DNA of 64,000 nucleotides, taken from Histomonas meleagridis 2922-C6/04-290x. Its lineage: Eukaryota; Protista; Parabasalia. Below, piece after piece: positions 1 to 13,429 of the stretch. The position numbers and the translations under genes are program-made. The notes under the pieces are model-generated. The model did not search any database. It saw only the letters and a program-made list of their open reading frames with translations, and was not told the DNA's origin. The stretch covers positions 124,001 to 188,000 of the forward strand of contig JAANOX010000246.1 in NCBI GenBank assembly GCA_020184695.1, given 5' to 3'. Numbering within the stretch: position 1 is the first letter of the stretch; every line of letters begins with the position of its first letter.

Positions 1-848
1 GAATTTGATATAAAAAATCTTGTTTTTAATGAAGTGTGAGGTCTTGCATTGTCAAAGTGGACTGTATACTTTTTTGAATGTGGATTTCTTCCTTCAGGAT
101 ATAATTTAATTTCAGATGGTCGAAGTATATTATTAATAATGAAGTAGTCAGAATTAAATTTATTATGTTTTGGTAAAACATCGATAATATAAAATTCCCA
201 AGGATACCAAAATATTGTAAACATATTTTGGCTCCCCAATTAACCGTCTTGGTTACTTTGGTACATTTTCTCGATCTTGTGAATACATTATTTTGTGATA
301 ATACCGTAAATAAATCCAGGACTCATCACCAGTTATTACATGATGATATCCTTCCATTTTAAAAATTCTAAGTTGTTGCAAAATTGATTTTGCATATTGT
401 ACCTGTTTCTTTTTCAGGGCAGACGTTAACATGTGTGGTACCCATTGAAGATGATACTTTTTGAAACCTAATGTTCAAGTTAAAACTTATTTAATTGTGA
501 TTGGAGTATGACCGCATAGAAATGCTTATCTTTTAACTGTATCAAAAGGTTCTTTATTGAGCCAATATAAAATTTTATCATCAATTCCTTTGGATATGGG
601 TCTTCCAGGTATATCTAAATTGTTTAGATCTTCCCGACCGCTCTTTATTTCTGATATCCAGAAATACATCTGCGTTCGTTTGTATGCATCCTCCCCATAA
701 ACATTTTCTAGTTCATTAATCATTTGCTTTCCATTATATCCTTTTTTCATCAAAAAAGATATAACATATCTTTGTTCAAGCATTTAAAAAAATGACACTT
801 TTCGGTTTTTGATGATTTAAACTCCCCTTATTTCAATGAATCCTTGTA
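1..848 (-). mobile_element. Decayed mariner (Tc1/mariner) transposase, running off the window start
   Basis: ORF 526-783 is a mariner N-terminal HTH (EQRYVISF...VYGEDA...W...KSGREDL...PGRP). Manual translation downstream gives WVPHMLT (~425-445), ITGDESW (~315-335), MFTIFW and HFDNARPHT (~30-60), interrupted by in-frame TAA/TGA codons and a frameshift. TA|CAAGGATTC at 848-838 is a possible 5' TIR start (inferred). Confidence 0.85.
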
Positions 849-2036
849 ATTTTAATTTTATATTTTATATTTAAAATTCCTCATAAATGAAATATATATT
901 TATATATGTTATTTTTACATATTACATTTATATAGCTGGAGTCCGGGTATTTAATATACACTACTATATTAATCATATTATTTTATAAAGATATAAAAAA
1001 ATTGTTTTGTGTTGACAAATGTCATTCAGTTTAACAATTTTCAACATTTAAATTTCATAAATTTTTGTTGGTGTTTCTTATTGTTTTCTTGTTATTCATA
1101 TTTTACTCATATACATTATTAAGTAATGAAGATATTTTTATTTAAGGATGCGCCTTAAATATTAAGTTTTCTTTAAAGCTCATCATAACATGTTTCATTA
1201 TTCTTTCTTATTTAAATCATTTATTTCTAATAATTTCTTTGGCCGTCTTTTTTTCCATATTTCTCTTCAAACTCTCGATGCCAAATATAGTATATCCACA
1301 TTTTATGTTACAGCACAGAATACCTCGATTTTTATGGAATAAGATGTTCTACCTGATAATTTGTCTGTGGTTAGTGTGCAAAGATTTCTATGTATTTCCC
1401 TTAATTAAATAATATACTCGTCTACCCACTGTTGTTAATGTTCTTTTTTAAATATCAGGGTTCAAACGGAATCGCCATTTCTCACAACATTGCTATTCTA
1501 CCAGGTGCTTGTTTTAAAATTTATCATATTCATCATAATTTTAATCAATGTAATGAATTTGAACAAACTAAAATATTTCTTGGATATGAACAGAGAATGT
1601 TAAACATAATTTGATATTAAATTCAAAAATATTTATGATACAACTTAAGCAAATCGAAGTTAAAATCATTTTCTTTCGGCCACATATTTTGAATGTAGAA
1701 TTTTAAGAAAATTTGTTTGAATTTAAGTGGTCACTTGTCAAAACGGATTTTGTTGTCAAATATCATTCGTTCGATTCAAAAAAATTGTGCGAAATACGTT
1801 ATAAAAGGTTTTGGATTGAATACAGAATTCTATTAAACCGTGGCTTTGAATATTTGAACGATTTGAAATGCTCAATGATTAATATTGTTCAAATTTTCTT
1901 TTCAATCTTTGTTATATTGTCGTCGTGATTTTCTTTTCATTATAACAGACAAAATTTATCAAAAAAATTTGTTATAAACGACCATTTTGATTTCATATGA
2001 TTTTTTGTTATTCTGCTTTCTGGAATATCTTCCATT

Positions 2037-5000
2037 ATGGTGATTGAAGTTAACCAGCAAGAATACACAGGTGATACATTTGATGATATCCTTAATTCAT
2101 ATGGTGCTGGGATTGATACTATTACATCTTTAAATGTTAAATCAGGAGATTTTCCATTAAATTTGATAATTTCAAATTCATTTACATCATTATTAACACT
2201 TGAAATTCATATTGATTCATTCACAGGGATAATAAGTGATAACTTAATGAAAGGATGTGTTTTATTATCAAGTGTAATCATTGATGGTGCAACAATTATT
2301 GGTGAGAAAGCTTTTGCTGAATGTAGTGCTCTTTATAATATAAAATTTTCATCTTGTGAACATATAAAAGATTCAGCTTTTCAATCATGTGTTTCATTAG
2401 CTTCAATTACTTTACCAAATGTAAAAATTATTGATAATTATGGATTTTCAAATACTGATCTTTCTTCGATTGAATTACCATTAATTAATACAATAAATGA
2501 TTATGCTTTTACACTTATCAATATTAAATGCACCATTAATTAATTATATTGGTGCATATTGTTTCAAAAGTTGTGCTTTCGTTTCATTAACTTTAAATAA
2601 TCTTTTTAGAAATGAGTGAAGATGGTTATTGTTTTTGATTCATGTACTTTTCTTGAAAATATTCAATTAAATCAAATTGAAAAAATTAGTAAATATGCTT
2701 TTAATGGATGTTCAAATCTCAATACAATTATTGGAGAGAAAGTTAAAATAATTGAAGAAGGATGTTTTTCAGGTTGTAGTCTTTCAACATTAAATTTACC
2801 TGAATTAAAGACAATCGGAATTGCTTCATTTAAAGATATTCCAACAATTAAAGAAATTAATTTTCTAAAAGTAGAAAATATTGAATCATCTGCTTTCCAA
2901 AATTGTATAAATTTAGAAACAGTCGTTTTAAAAGTTTGTATATCAATAGGGAATAATGCTTTTTAATGGATGTAAAAGTTTAACACGTGTAGAAATTCCA
3001 ATACTTCAATCAATATCATATGCTGCGTTTCGGAATATTGGGGTAACACAATTAACATTTAATGAATTAGAAAATTTTGAATTAGGGAATATTGATGGTA
3101 CTAATAATGTTGGTGGATATTTTATGGGTTGTAATAATTTAAATAGTTTTTCTGCTCAAAAAGCAAGAAGTATTCCTGCTTGGATGTTTAAAGATTGTAC
3201 TTCATTATTAAATTTAAATATGGATAATGCTCAAACAATAGGTTCAAATGCTTTTTTTCAGGTTGTTCAGTTTTAACAAATCTTATATTACAAAAAATTA
3301 ATAAGATTGAAGATAATGCATTTTCTGGTTATAATAATTTAGTTTATGTTAAAATGATTTCTGTTATAACAATAGGTGAAAGTTCTTTTATGGATTGTCA
3401 ATCTCTTGAAAAAGTAGAATTTTCAAATGTAACATCTATTGGTTATTATTGTTTCAAAAAAATTGTGTTAAGCTTTCAGAAATATCAATGCCTTCTTTAA
3501 CTTCAATTTCTTCAGATGCTTTTTATAAAACAGCTTTAGTTCATGTTGAATTAAATAAACTTGTAACAATCGTAATTAGAAATGTTTATGGAAGTGGGAA
3601 TTTTGCAAATTGTTTCGAAGGTTGTTCACATCTTAAAAGTATTTCATTACATGCTTTAACATATTTTAAGAAATGGATGTTTAAAGATTGTTCCGTTTTG
3701 GAATCAATAGATGCACCTGAAGTTGTTAGTACAGATTCTTCAACATTTTCTGGTTGTTCTTCATTATGTAATATTACATTCCCAAAATTACAAACAATTG
3801 ATGAATCTGCTTTTGCAGGATGTCAAGGGATTCAAAATATTACTTTAGATTCTGTTATTACTATAGGTGTTGCTGCTTTTTGAAGGATGTGTGAATTTAA
3901 TTAGTATTGATTTAATAAATTGTATTACTATTAACTCAAAAGGATTTAGTGGTTGTTCAAAACTTACGTTAATTAAAATTCCATCTGTACAAACAATTAA
4001 TGATCGTGCTTTTCAATATACATCTATAGAAAATGTAATATTACAAAATGTAATTTCATTTGGAACATATAATGTTTATGGTGAAGGAAATGTTGGATCA
4101 CAATTTGAAGGTTGTGAATTACTTAAATCAATATCAATGCCATTAGTGAATAATTTAAGAAAATGGATGTTTAAAAATTGTTATTCTTTGATCGATATTA
4201 ATGCACCAAATGTTACAGTCATAGATGAAAAAACATTTACAGGTTGTACAAGTTATTCAAATATAGATTTCCCAATATTAAATTATATTGGAAATTCTGC
4301 ATTTGCTAATTTACCAAATTTAACAATTATTAATTCACCTGTTCAAACAATCGCACAAAATGCTTTTTGAAGGTTGTAATAATTTAATAACAGTTATATT
4401 ACCAAATTGTGTAACTATTGATAATTCTGCATTTTATAATTGTATTCAACTTTCATCAATTAATGCACCCCTTGTTGCTAAACTTTGATCTGATGCATTT
4501 TATAAAGTGTTTTTTTATAGAAGTTACATTTAATAATGTTATTGAACTTTCTACAAGAAGTGTTTATGGTCAAGGAAATGTTGGATGTCAATTTGATAGA
4601 TGTTCTGTACTTAAAAAGATTACAATGAAAAATACGCCTATTATTAGAAAATGGATGTTCAGAGATTGTACTCAACTTATTTATATCGATACACCTGTTG
4701 TAACAACTATTGATGGAAGTGCTTTTGTTCGATGTCATTCATATACTAATGTTACATTTCCAATAGTTAATTATATTGGTGAATATGCATTTAGTGAAAT
4801 TTCATCATTAACAACAATTAGTTTATCTTCTCTGATAACAATTGATAATTATGCATTTAATTCTTGTCCAAAATTAACTTCCGTTGAAATTATTGAATGT
4901 ACAAATATTGGAAATTATGCATTTGCTAATTGTATACAACTTAAAAATATTATTGCACCAAAATTAAATTCAATTGGAACTGATGCATTTTTATAAATGT

Positions 5001-8000
5001 GTTTTTTTATAGAAGTTACATTTAATAATGTTATTGAACTTTCTACAAGAAGTGTTTATGGTCAAGGAAATGTTGGATGTCAATTTGATGGATGTTCTGT
5101 TCTTCAAAAAAAGTTTCATTCGAAAATGTACCAATTTTAAGGAAATGGATGTTTAGAGATTGTATTCAATTAATTGAAGTAAATGCAAAAACATTGTACT
5201 TCAATTGATGAATATTGTTTTTTCGAATTGTCAAAAAAATTAACAATTTTAGAACTTGATTCATGTACTTATATGGGAACGAATGCATTTTCTGATTGTA
5301 ATAATATAAAAACAATTTCACTTGGTTATCAATCAATTGAATTTGGTGTTATTCCATCCCCAAAAATATTAGAAAATGTTTTCTTCCCAAATGCATTAAA
5401 TGTTCCTGAAAATGGATTTTTAGATTTTACTGCAATGAAAAAATGTAAATTACCATTAGTTACGAAACTTGGTTCTTTTGCATTTAGTGGTTGTATTAGC
5501 TTAGTTGAACTCGAAATACCAAAAATTCAAGAATTTCAAGGCGATTATATTTTTTCAAATTGTGAAAATATTGAATCACTTTCCTTAAAATTTTTAGTTA
5601 CAGTTGATTCAACATCAGCAAATATATTTAAAGGATGTAGAGGATTAAAAACAATATCAATGCCAGATCGACCTCCTTTAACATTTCATAGAGATACATT
5701 TTTATCTCTTACATGTGATATTGTAATTCCACCTGAATCAATTAATATATATGATAATGATATTAATGTTGAAGGTGATACAGCTGGAGATAATCATTGG
5801 TGTGGTTTAGAATTAAAACATTATGAATGGATTAATATTAGTGCTGATAATTCTTTTGGAATTGGTATTACATTATATGATGCATGTCTTGCTACAGGAA
5901 AAGTTACTTCAGAAATTAATCAATTAACAATATTTAATGGTCATTTAACAAATGAAGTTCTAAATACTTTCAAAGATACTTTTGTCACTTTAACAGATTT
6001 AATAATTGAATCTTCTGCTTCAATTGAAAATCAAATAATTCCTGATAATTTCTTAAAAAATCATCAAAAAATTCAAAATATAAATATTAAATGTGGAATT
6101 AGATTAATTGGAACAAGTTCTTTTGAAGGATGTATAAATCTTCAATCTATAAATATACCAAATACAACAAAATTAAGTTCACGTTGTTGTTTTTATGGTC
6201 CAACATCACTTGAAATCATTTCATTTCCATTTGTTGATACAATTACAGGTTCACATTTCTTTTCTAATAATTTAAATCTTAAAAATATAGAATTACCAAA
6301 TTTGACAAAAGTTAATGACATTGGTTATATTTCGGAAAATTCACCAAATATTAAATCAATTCAATTATCTGGTACACCACCAATAGTTCAAGGTTCATTT
6401 TTATTTGATAGTAATCCTTTACTTATTGGAATAACTAATGAAGAAGCTATTCAATATGATAAAGCAGATGGAATTGATAATAATATGAAATTTTATTCAC
6501 TTATTTTATCTTATACAATAATATCATGTTTAATAGATGGTGAAATAGTTAATGGTTTAACATTAAAAAGTATTATTAATGAAGATTCTAAAATTGTTGA
6601 AATAATTAAAGGAAAAATATCAGGTTCAGATTTCCCACTTCCTTCTTCTATTACTTCTTTAACGATTCCATCAAATGTTATTATTGAAGAAATTCCTTCA
6701 AATGCTATGTCAAATAATATAAACTTGAAATATATTACTATTTTATATGATGGAACTTATTCAATTGGTGAAGAAGCATTTTGTGGTTGTTTATCTTTAG
6801 AAAATGTAATAATTACAGCAACTTCAATGTATTCTTCAGCTTTTAAAGATTGTATTAAACTTAAAACAATCGTATTAAATAAGTTACAAAATATTATTGG
6901 TAATAATCATTTTAATAATTGTAATGAATTATTATCAATTTCATTAAAAGAATTGAAAACTGTACCAAGTGATGCTAATAGTATTTTTTCTGGTTGTCAT
7001 AAACTTAAAACTTTAAATTTCCCTTCAATTCCACCAAATACTTTTAATAAAAATGTATTTGTTGGTCTTGAAGAACAATTATCATTAATTTTACCATCTG
7101 AAAATGATTATTTAACATATGATAATAATAATTTAGTAGAAGATGATAAAGAAAATGATGGACTTTGGTGTGGACTTATTATACCTTCTGTTTTAATAGG
7201 AATTAAAATAAATGGACAAAAATAAAATAATTACAGGAATGAAACTTTCTGATTGTATATTATCATCAGGTATTTCTGAATTATCTATTAATACATTAGA
7301 AATTATTAAAGGGATTTTAACAATAAATTCTATTCTTGAAAGTATTACCAAATTATCTTTTCTTGAAAATTTAATTATATCTAAAACAGTAACTTTAAAA
7401 GATGAATTAACTGATTCGATTTTTAGTGGGTTACCTCTTATTTCAATAACATTACCAGGAATTACTAAAATTCCTCAAAATTGTTTTAAAGATTGTATTC
7501 AACTTAAAAATGTTATAATTGAAGATGCTAAAATACTTTGTGATTCTGCTTTTAGTGGTTGTAAAAGTATTGAATCAATTAGTTTAAATATTATTACATT
7601 AGAAGGAGATAATCATTTTTCAGGTTGTACTTCATTAACTTCGATTAGTCTTATAAATTTACAAAATGTTAATTCTGATTCATGTAATATATTTAAAGAT
7701 TGTCCTTTAAATTCAATATATTTACCAAATATTCCACCAAAAACATTTAATAAAGATACATTTAAAGGAAAAAGATATTATAATTCTTGGGTTAAAAAAT
7801 GATGAATTACGTTTATATGATTCAAATATTGATGTTGAAGATGATTTAAGTGATGATTTGAAATGGTGTGGAATTGGTTTAATTCAATTATATATTACAG
7901 TATCAATAAATGATGGAGAATCATTAAATAGTGATACTTTAATTAATGCAGCAAAAATTAGTGGTATTACAGAAGTTAAAAAAGTAGAAATACAAAAAGG

Positions 8001-9692
8001 GTTAATTAAACAATCACATCTAAATGAATTACATACAGAATTCCCATTGTTAACAGAAATTTCGATATTAGAATCTGCTGTTTTGGAATCTTCTATAATT
8101 GAATCTGAACAATTTAAAGATATAAAAACATTAACTAAAGTTAAAATTATGAAAAGTGTTTCTTTAATGAAAGAATGTTTTAGTGGTTGTACTTTATTAC
8201 AATATATTGAATTTAAAGAAACAAAAGTTATTAATTTCGGCGCATTTTTAGGTTGTAATTTATTAAGTACAATTATTATTCCAGGATGTTTACAATTAAA
8301 TGGTGATCAAATATTTTCAGGATGCAATAATTTAAGAGAAATTGATTTATCTTCATTAGAAAATGTTGATAACACTGCATCATTAATATTTCAAGATTGT
8401 AATCAATTAATTCGAATAAAATTACCTTCAAAACAACCAACAACATTTCATAAAGATTCATTTATAAATTGTCCAAATATTCAATTAGAATTACCTAATA
8501 AAGATGATTATCTTATTTATGATGATCAATCAAATGTAGTGGATGATATTAAAGAAGATGAAAAAAATGGTGTGGAATTAATATCGATTCAAATCTTTTA
8601 CCACCAATGAAAATATTTAAGATTAATGGAATCGAATATAAAAGTCGAAAACTTTCATTAAATTTATACACAAATGATAACGTTGAAACATTAGAACTTA
8701 TTGGAGGTCTTATAGAAGCTAATGATTTAAGAGATGTATTAAAAGATTGTTTAACATTAATTAAATTTGAAGCAAATATTGCAACAATTTCTGAAATACA
8801 AAGTGGAACATTTACTAATTGTATTTCTTTGACTGAAATTATTATTCATGGTGAAGTTACATTTGCTTATGGTGTATTACAAAATCTTCCAAATTTAACA
8901 AAATTAGTTTTAGATTTACAACAAACTATGAGGTCAGATGATCTAATAGGTGATTATAATTTACAAGAAGTTTCGATCCCTCTTTTAGTTAGTATTCCAA
9001 ATAATTTATTTGCGAATTTAACAAAATTAAAATCAATTAATGTTGAATATGCTAATATTATGTCATCTAATTGTTTTATGAATTGTTCTTCTTTATTATC
9101 AATTTCATTACCAAAAATATCAATAATGATAGGAGATAATCATTTTAATGGTTGTACAAATTTAGAATCAATTGATTTATCCTCAATTTCGACAGTGAAT
9201 CAAGATTCTTCAAATATATTTAACAATTGTATAAAATTAAAAGAATTAAAACTTGGAATAAAACCACCAACAACATTTAATGAAAATATTTTTGTTAATG
9301 CAGGAAAATTACCTATAATTAAATTACCAATTGAAGCAGCTTGGAATAATTATCTTGAACAATGTACAATTAATCCTGAAAATAATCATTATTTATGGTA
9401 TGGATTTGATAATGGAATTATTTATCAAGAACCTACAGAAATTACAATTCCTGAATGTTCATGTCCAGAACAAAGTGAAATTAGTTGTCCAGAATATACT
9501 GAAATATCGTGTCAAGAATGTTCATGCTCAGAAGAACCTGAATCAAGTTATGCACCAATTACTGTGGAAGAAGGTCACTCTTCTGCAGTACTTGCTGTTT
9601 CAATCGTAGTTTGTATTATTGGTGCGTCTACTCTAACTGTATTGGTGATGTTTATAATATACAAGAGGAACGATTTTTCCAATAAAAATTGA
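2037..9692 (+). CDS. Giant BspA-like (LRR_5) type I surface protein of roughly 2500 aa, broken by more than 10 frameshifts (consensus errors or pseudogene)
   Basis: Consecutive ORFs 2037-9692 all carry LRR_5 motifs (IxxxAFxxCxxLxxIxLP) and join at A/T homopolymers. The C-terminus has Cys-rich repeats (CSCPEQSEISCPEY), one TM helix (VLAVSIVVCIIGASTLTVLVMFII) and a short tail. Confidence 0.85.
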
Positions 9693-10124
9693 TCCATGAT
9701 CATAGAATCTAATAGGAGATGAATAAAATTCAAAATTCCTTCATTCATTTTTTTAATTTTTTTAATGAATATCGATATTAAATCAAAAAAATCAGTTATA
9801 AAATTATAAAATATTGATGATTGTAATTAGGAATCCACACCAATGATGTCGAATATTTAAGAGATAAAAGGATATTGACATTATATTCTTTATAAAATTA
9901 ATTGTTTATGCAAATATATTATGGTAAAATTTTTTTAAGCAATATTGTGTTCATACTCCATTTTTATATATTAATATTATTTTTATAAATATAATTAATG
10001 AAAAATTAATTACTTAAAATTGCTTTTATAGAATAAAATGCTTAATAAAAAAAGATTTTATAGTTTTTAAACTATCAGATAACTTGTAACTATTTTAATA
10101 TGGGAAATATAATTAACAATATAT

Positions 10125-10679
10125 AGAACTTTCTTTGCAGCTGATTATTTATTTTCTGTTGTTTATGAAAAGTGGGAATAATAAACGTAAAACTTAAAAG
10201 AAAAAAAGAAAAGAAAAAAATGAAAGAAAGTTATCTTGGTTATATTTTCTTAGTGAAGATGTTTTTGAAGAAGTTAATATTTTTGTTCTTTTTTATTCAG
10301 TTGAAGATCGTTCATCATTTGAAAGTATTCCAGAATGGTTAGAAAAGGTTAAAATGTATTCACCTAATACTGAAGTTATTCTAGTTGAAAACAAAACAGA
10401 TTTAATTGAAAATAGTTTAATTAAAGTTGAAGAATCGACGCGAATGTCGAAGCAACTCAATGCGCCATTATTTCGAATCAGTGTTCCTGAAACACTTAAT
10501 CTTCAAACACTTTTTTTTGTTATATATCGATTAAAGTTCAAAACAAATATCTTTCGACATTAAATATGTTACCAAATGAATCGAATTTATTCTTTGTTCA
10601 TGATATTGATGAAGAAATAGAAGAATATCTTAATAATGACAATAATGAAACATCGAATAATAATTGTTTAATTTATTAA
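10125..10679 (+). pseudogene. Degenerate/frameshifted Rab/Ras-like small GTPase
   Basis: The frame through 10260-10560 reads VNIFVLFYSVEDRSSFESIPEWLEKVKMYSPNTEVILVENKTDL (G4 NKxD-like) and the locus ends NNCLIY*. The N-terminus and P-loop are not recoverable; start approximate. Confidence 0.6.
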
Positions 10680-10804
10680 ATAAAAAAATTGTTTTGTTGA
10701 TTATTTTCCTTATTCTTTTTAAATTAATTTGTTCAAAAAAATATTTAAAATGTTTTTATATGATTTTATTCATTTATTTATATATAATATATTTATTTAT
10801 TTGT

Positions 10805-11628
10805 TTATTCTTCTTGTAAATATTCAACTGTTTGAATTTCGATAGAGAATGGAAATTCGTCACCATACAAAATCATTTCTGTTCCTCCTCCAATGCCTTT
10901 CATCGTAAGTTTCTTGCCTAAAAAAATGATGAAACAACATCTTTCATATCCCAAATGCTAATGATGCAATACGATTCTTCTCCAAGACTCATCAGAAATT
11001 CTTCTATTTCTGAAACATTAAGAAATCCTTTGATGATAATTTTAGAAAGATTTGATGTTATAGTTATAAATTCCTTATAAAAACTTTCCTCAAGGTTAGA
11101 AATAAACTCTTTGATTTCTTCTTGTTTAATGTTTTTCTTTTCAAAGATTTCAAAAATATTAAAATTAAAATTAGAAATATTTTTCCATCCTTCAATGTTC
11201 GGTGTGGAAATTTCTAGTTTTTCAATATATTTCTCATAAATATTTAAATTATTACTATAAAGAATCCCTTCGATATTTTCAACAATTTGAAGACGTTGAA
11301 TGCGTTCGCGTTCTGTCGCTTGAATGGAAATTAAATATTTGTCTTCATATTTTTGACCTTGAAGACCAAAACGTTGATATGTACTTTGATTTATTAAAAA
11401 AAGAATATTTCCTTTATAAATATATAATCCATTCCCATTATGAATAGGTGTTAATGAAACAAAAATAATGTTTCCTTCAATAATATCATTTAATACATTT
11501 TCATTATTCGTGATAATTTCAAGACAATGAATAAATGGATGTTTTTGAAGAATACTTTTCAAATGTTCTTTTTGATTCATTGATGATCGAATTTCTCGAA
11601 ATGATTGACTTTTAATACTTGGGATCAT
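10805..11628 (-). CDS. RPP40: RNase P/MRP subunit p40-like (one frameshift in a T-run near 10920)
   Basis: HPF...GNLYIYKGNILFLINQSTYQRFGLQG matches the RPP40 family pattern (..L.LDK.TYE..GL.G). Removing one T at ~10920 extends the ORF (LGKKLTMKGIGGGTEMILYG...EE*) to about 10805. Confidence 0.6.
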
Positions 11629-11698
11629 TTAGAAAAAAAAAAAATGATTAAATGACCGTTTAACAAAATAATTAAAAATTAAAAATTTCTTTTTTATT
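11629..11698. promoter_or_regulatory. 70-bp bidirectional promoter between RPP40 and LST8
   Basis: Head-to-head ATGs. Minus-strand TCATTT(T)n Inr directly before the RPP40 ATG, and GACCGTTT (M3/Myb-type core motif) at 11654-11661. Confidence 0.55.
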
Positions 11699-12610
11699 AT
11701 GAATTATACACCTTATTTAATCTCAGCAGGATTAGATTTAAGTATTACATTTACAAGTATTTTTGAATGGGAAGAAGACCCAAATATTCGTCCAGTCACA
11801 ATTCTTAATTCACAAGTTAATCGAATTTTAGTTCATGAAGATAAGAAATTTTTAACAGCCACAAATCCTTAAGTTAATTTACACAATATTATTAGTAATG
11901 AAAAATTTGTTCAATTTACAGGACATACAGGAAATGTTACAGATTTAGTTTTTTTAGGAAATAATTTTTATTCATGTAGTGAAGATCGAACATTTAAATT
12001 TTGGGATCCATTACAAAGCAATCGACCACAACATTCAATTAGCACTGAAACATCACTTAATAATATTTTACTTCATCCTAATGAAAATTATCTTTTTTTA
12101 AGTGATGAAAAAGGATTTATTGAAATGTACGACAATCGGAATTATCAATTAATAAATAAATATCAAGTTCGACAATGTCCAATTCGAAGTCTTTCCATGA
12201 CGCGAAATGGGAATAAATTTTTTTAGTTGGACTTCAAAATGGAGAAATTTCTGTTTTTGAATTTTTGATTCAGAATTGAATGAATTTCGCCAAGAAATTA
12301 ATTTTTCAAGCGCATCAAGATGTAATTCTTCGAAGTAAGATTTCACCAGATGAAAAATATTTTGTTACAACATCAGCAGATTCAACATCGAAAATTTATG
12401 ATTTTATAAATTATAAAGAAAAATTTCATCTTGAAGATCCCCGTCAAATGAAATGGATTTGGGATGTTGCCATTACCAAAGACAGCAAATATATTATCAC
12501 AGGAGGCACATAATTATCGAACGTGGGAAGCAGAGACAGGGAAAAAAATATATTCGAATGGTAGTTCACATAAAAAAGGTATTCTTTCGCTTGCACTCTT
12601 TGAATATTAA
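11699..12610 (+). CDS. LST8: TOR complex subunit LST8-like WD40 protein (in-frame TAA near 11870 plus several frameshifts)
   Basis: LISAGLD...SQVNRILVHEDKKFL...FTGHTGNVTDL...SCSEDRTFKFWD...HPNE...SKISPDEKYFVTTSADST...KWIWD closely follows LST8/GbetaL. Not seen intact by the ORF track. Confidence 0.8.
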
Positions 12611-12774
12611 AATATTTATATATATATGAGTAAAAATATTTTTGTTGGATTATATTTATATATTTTTACTATAAATAACACTAAAAAAATTTCAAATTTC
12701 ATTTTAAGTCGCACGTTAAGTAAATAACGTTCTCATTCCACATAACTTTTATTTCATAATTGAACACATCAATA

Positions 12775-13392
12775 ATGAATGATCCTCTTCAACGACTTTC
12801 AGAACTTTCAAGACTTGCATCGCCATCGCATCGAAATTTTCATAAAAAAATCAAAGAAGAAGAAAATGCACCAATATTTCGTTGTCCGTGTGGTCAACCA
12901 ACGAATTCAGATGAAATGATTTTTTGTTCAGTTTGTCATTGTCAATTTCATATTGAATGTATTGAGGATGAAACTGATAATCCGACGTGGGTTTGTCCAT
13001 ATTGTTTACAAGAATCATCACAAGCACTTTTAAACAAAGGGATTGATTTATCAATATTAAGTCAAGAAATAGGGAATAACAAAATGACGCAAGTTATTGC
13101 TAATTCATATCAAGATAGCGCCAACATCAGCGAATTATTCGAAAAATCATCAGCATGGGTTTCGGCGATTATTTCACGCGATGATGTTTATTTCAATCTT
13201 GAAGACATTGTCCGAAGTAGTGTTGATGAAGAAGGCGGAATGCAACTCCTTTCAGAACTTTCAGAAGAACGAAATTTGTTGAAAGATCTTTCCAACATTC
13301 TTCAAGAACTTTCTGAAGAGACGAAAGAAATGAACACGCCAATTCTAGGCTATTTGTCGGAACAAATTGATATGTATCATCAACCTAAATAA
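12775..13392 (+). CDS. PHD-finger protein
   Basis: C4HC3 motif: CPCGQPTNSDEMIFCSVCHCQFHIECIEDETDNPTWVCPYC. Confidence 0.8.
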   Translation: MNDPLQRLSELSRLASPSHRNFHKKIKEEENAPIFRCPCGQPTNSDEMIFCSVCHCQFHIECIEDETDNPTWVCPYCLQESSQALLNKGIDLSILSQEIGNNKMTQVIANSYQDSANISELFEKSSAWVSAIISRDDVYFNLEDIVRSSVDEEGGMQLLSELSEERNLLKDLSNILQELSEETKEMNTPILGYLSEQIDMYHQPK

Positions 13393-13429
13393 ATGTTTCT
13401 TTATGTTTTTTTAATATAATTTTTAAAAC

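Noticed and set aside
1100-1640. Possible second TE or gene remnant (minus-strand KRRPKK...) and ORF 1432-1614
   Set aside because: Too many stops and no recognisable motif set.
1-12610. Stop-codon reassignment (in-frame TAA in LST8 and mariner; TGA at a Trp-like spacer position)
   Set aside because: Intact genes in the window terminate at both TAA and TGA and have no internal stops.
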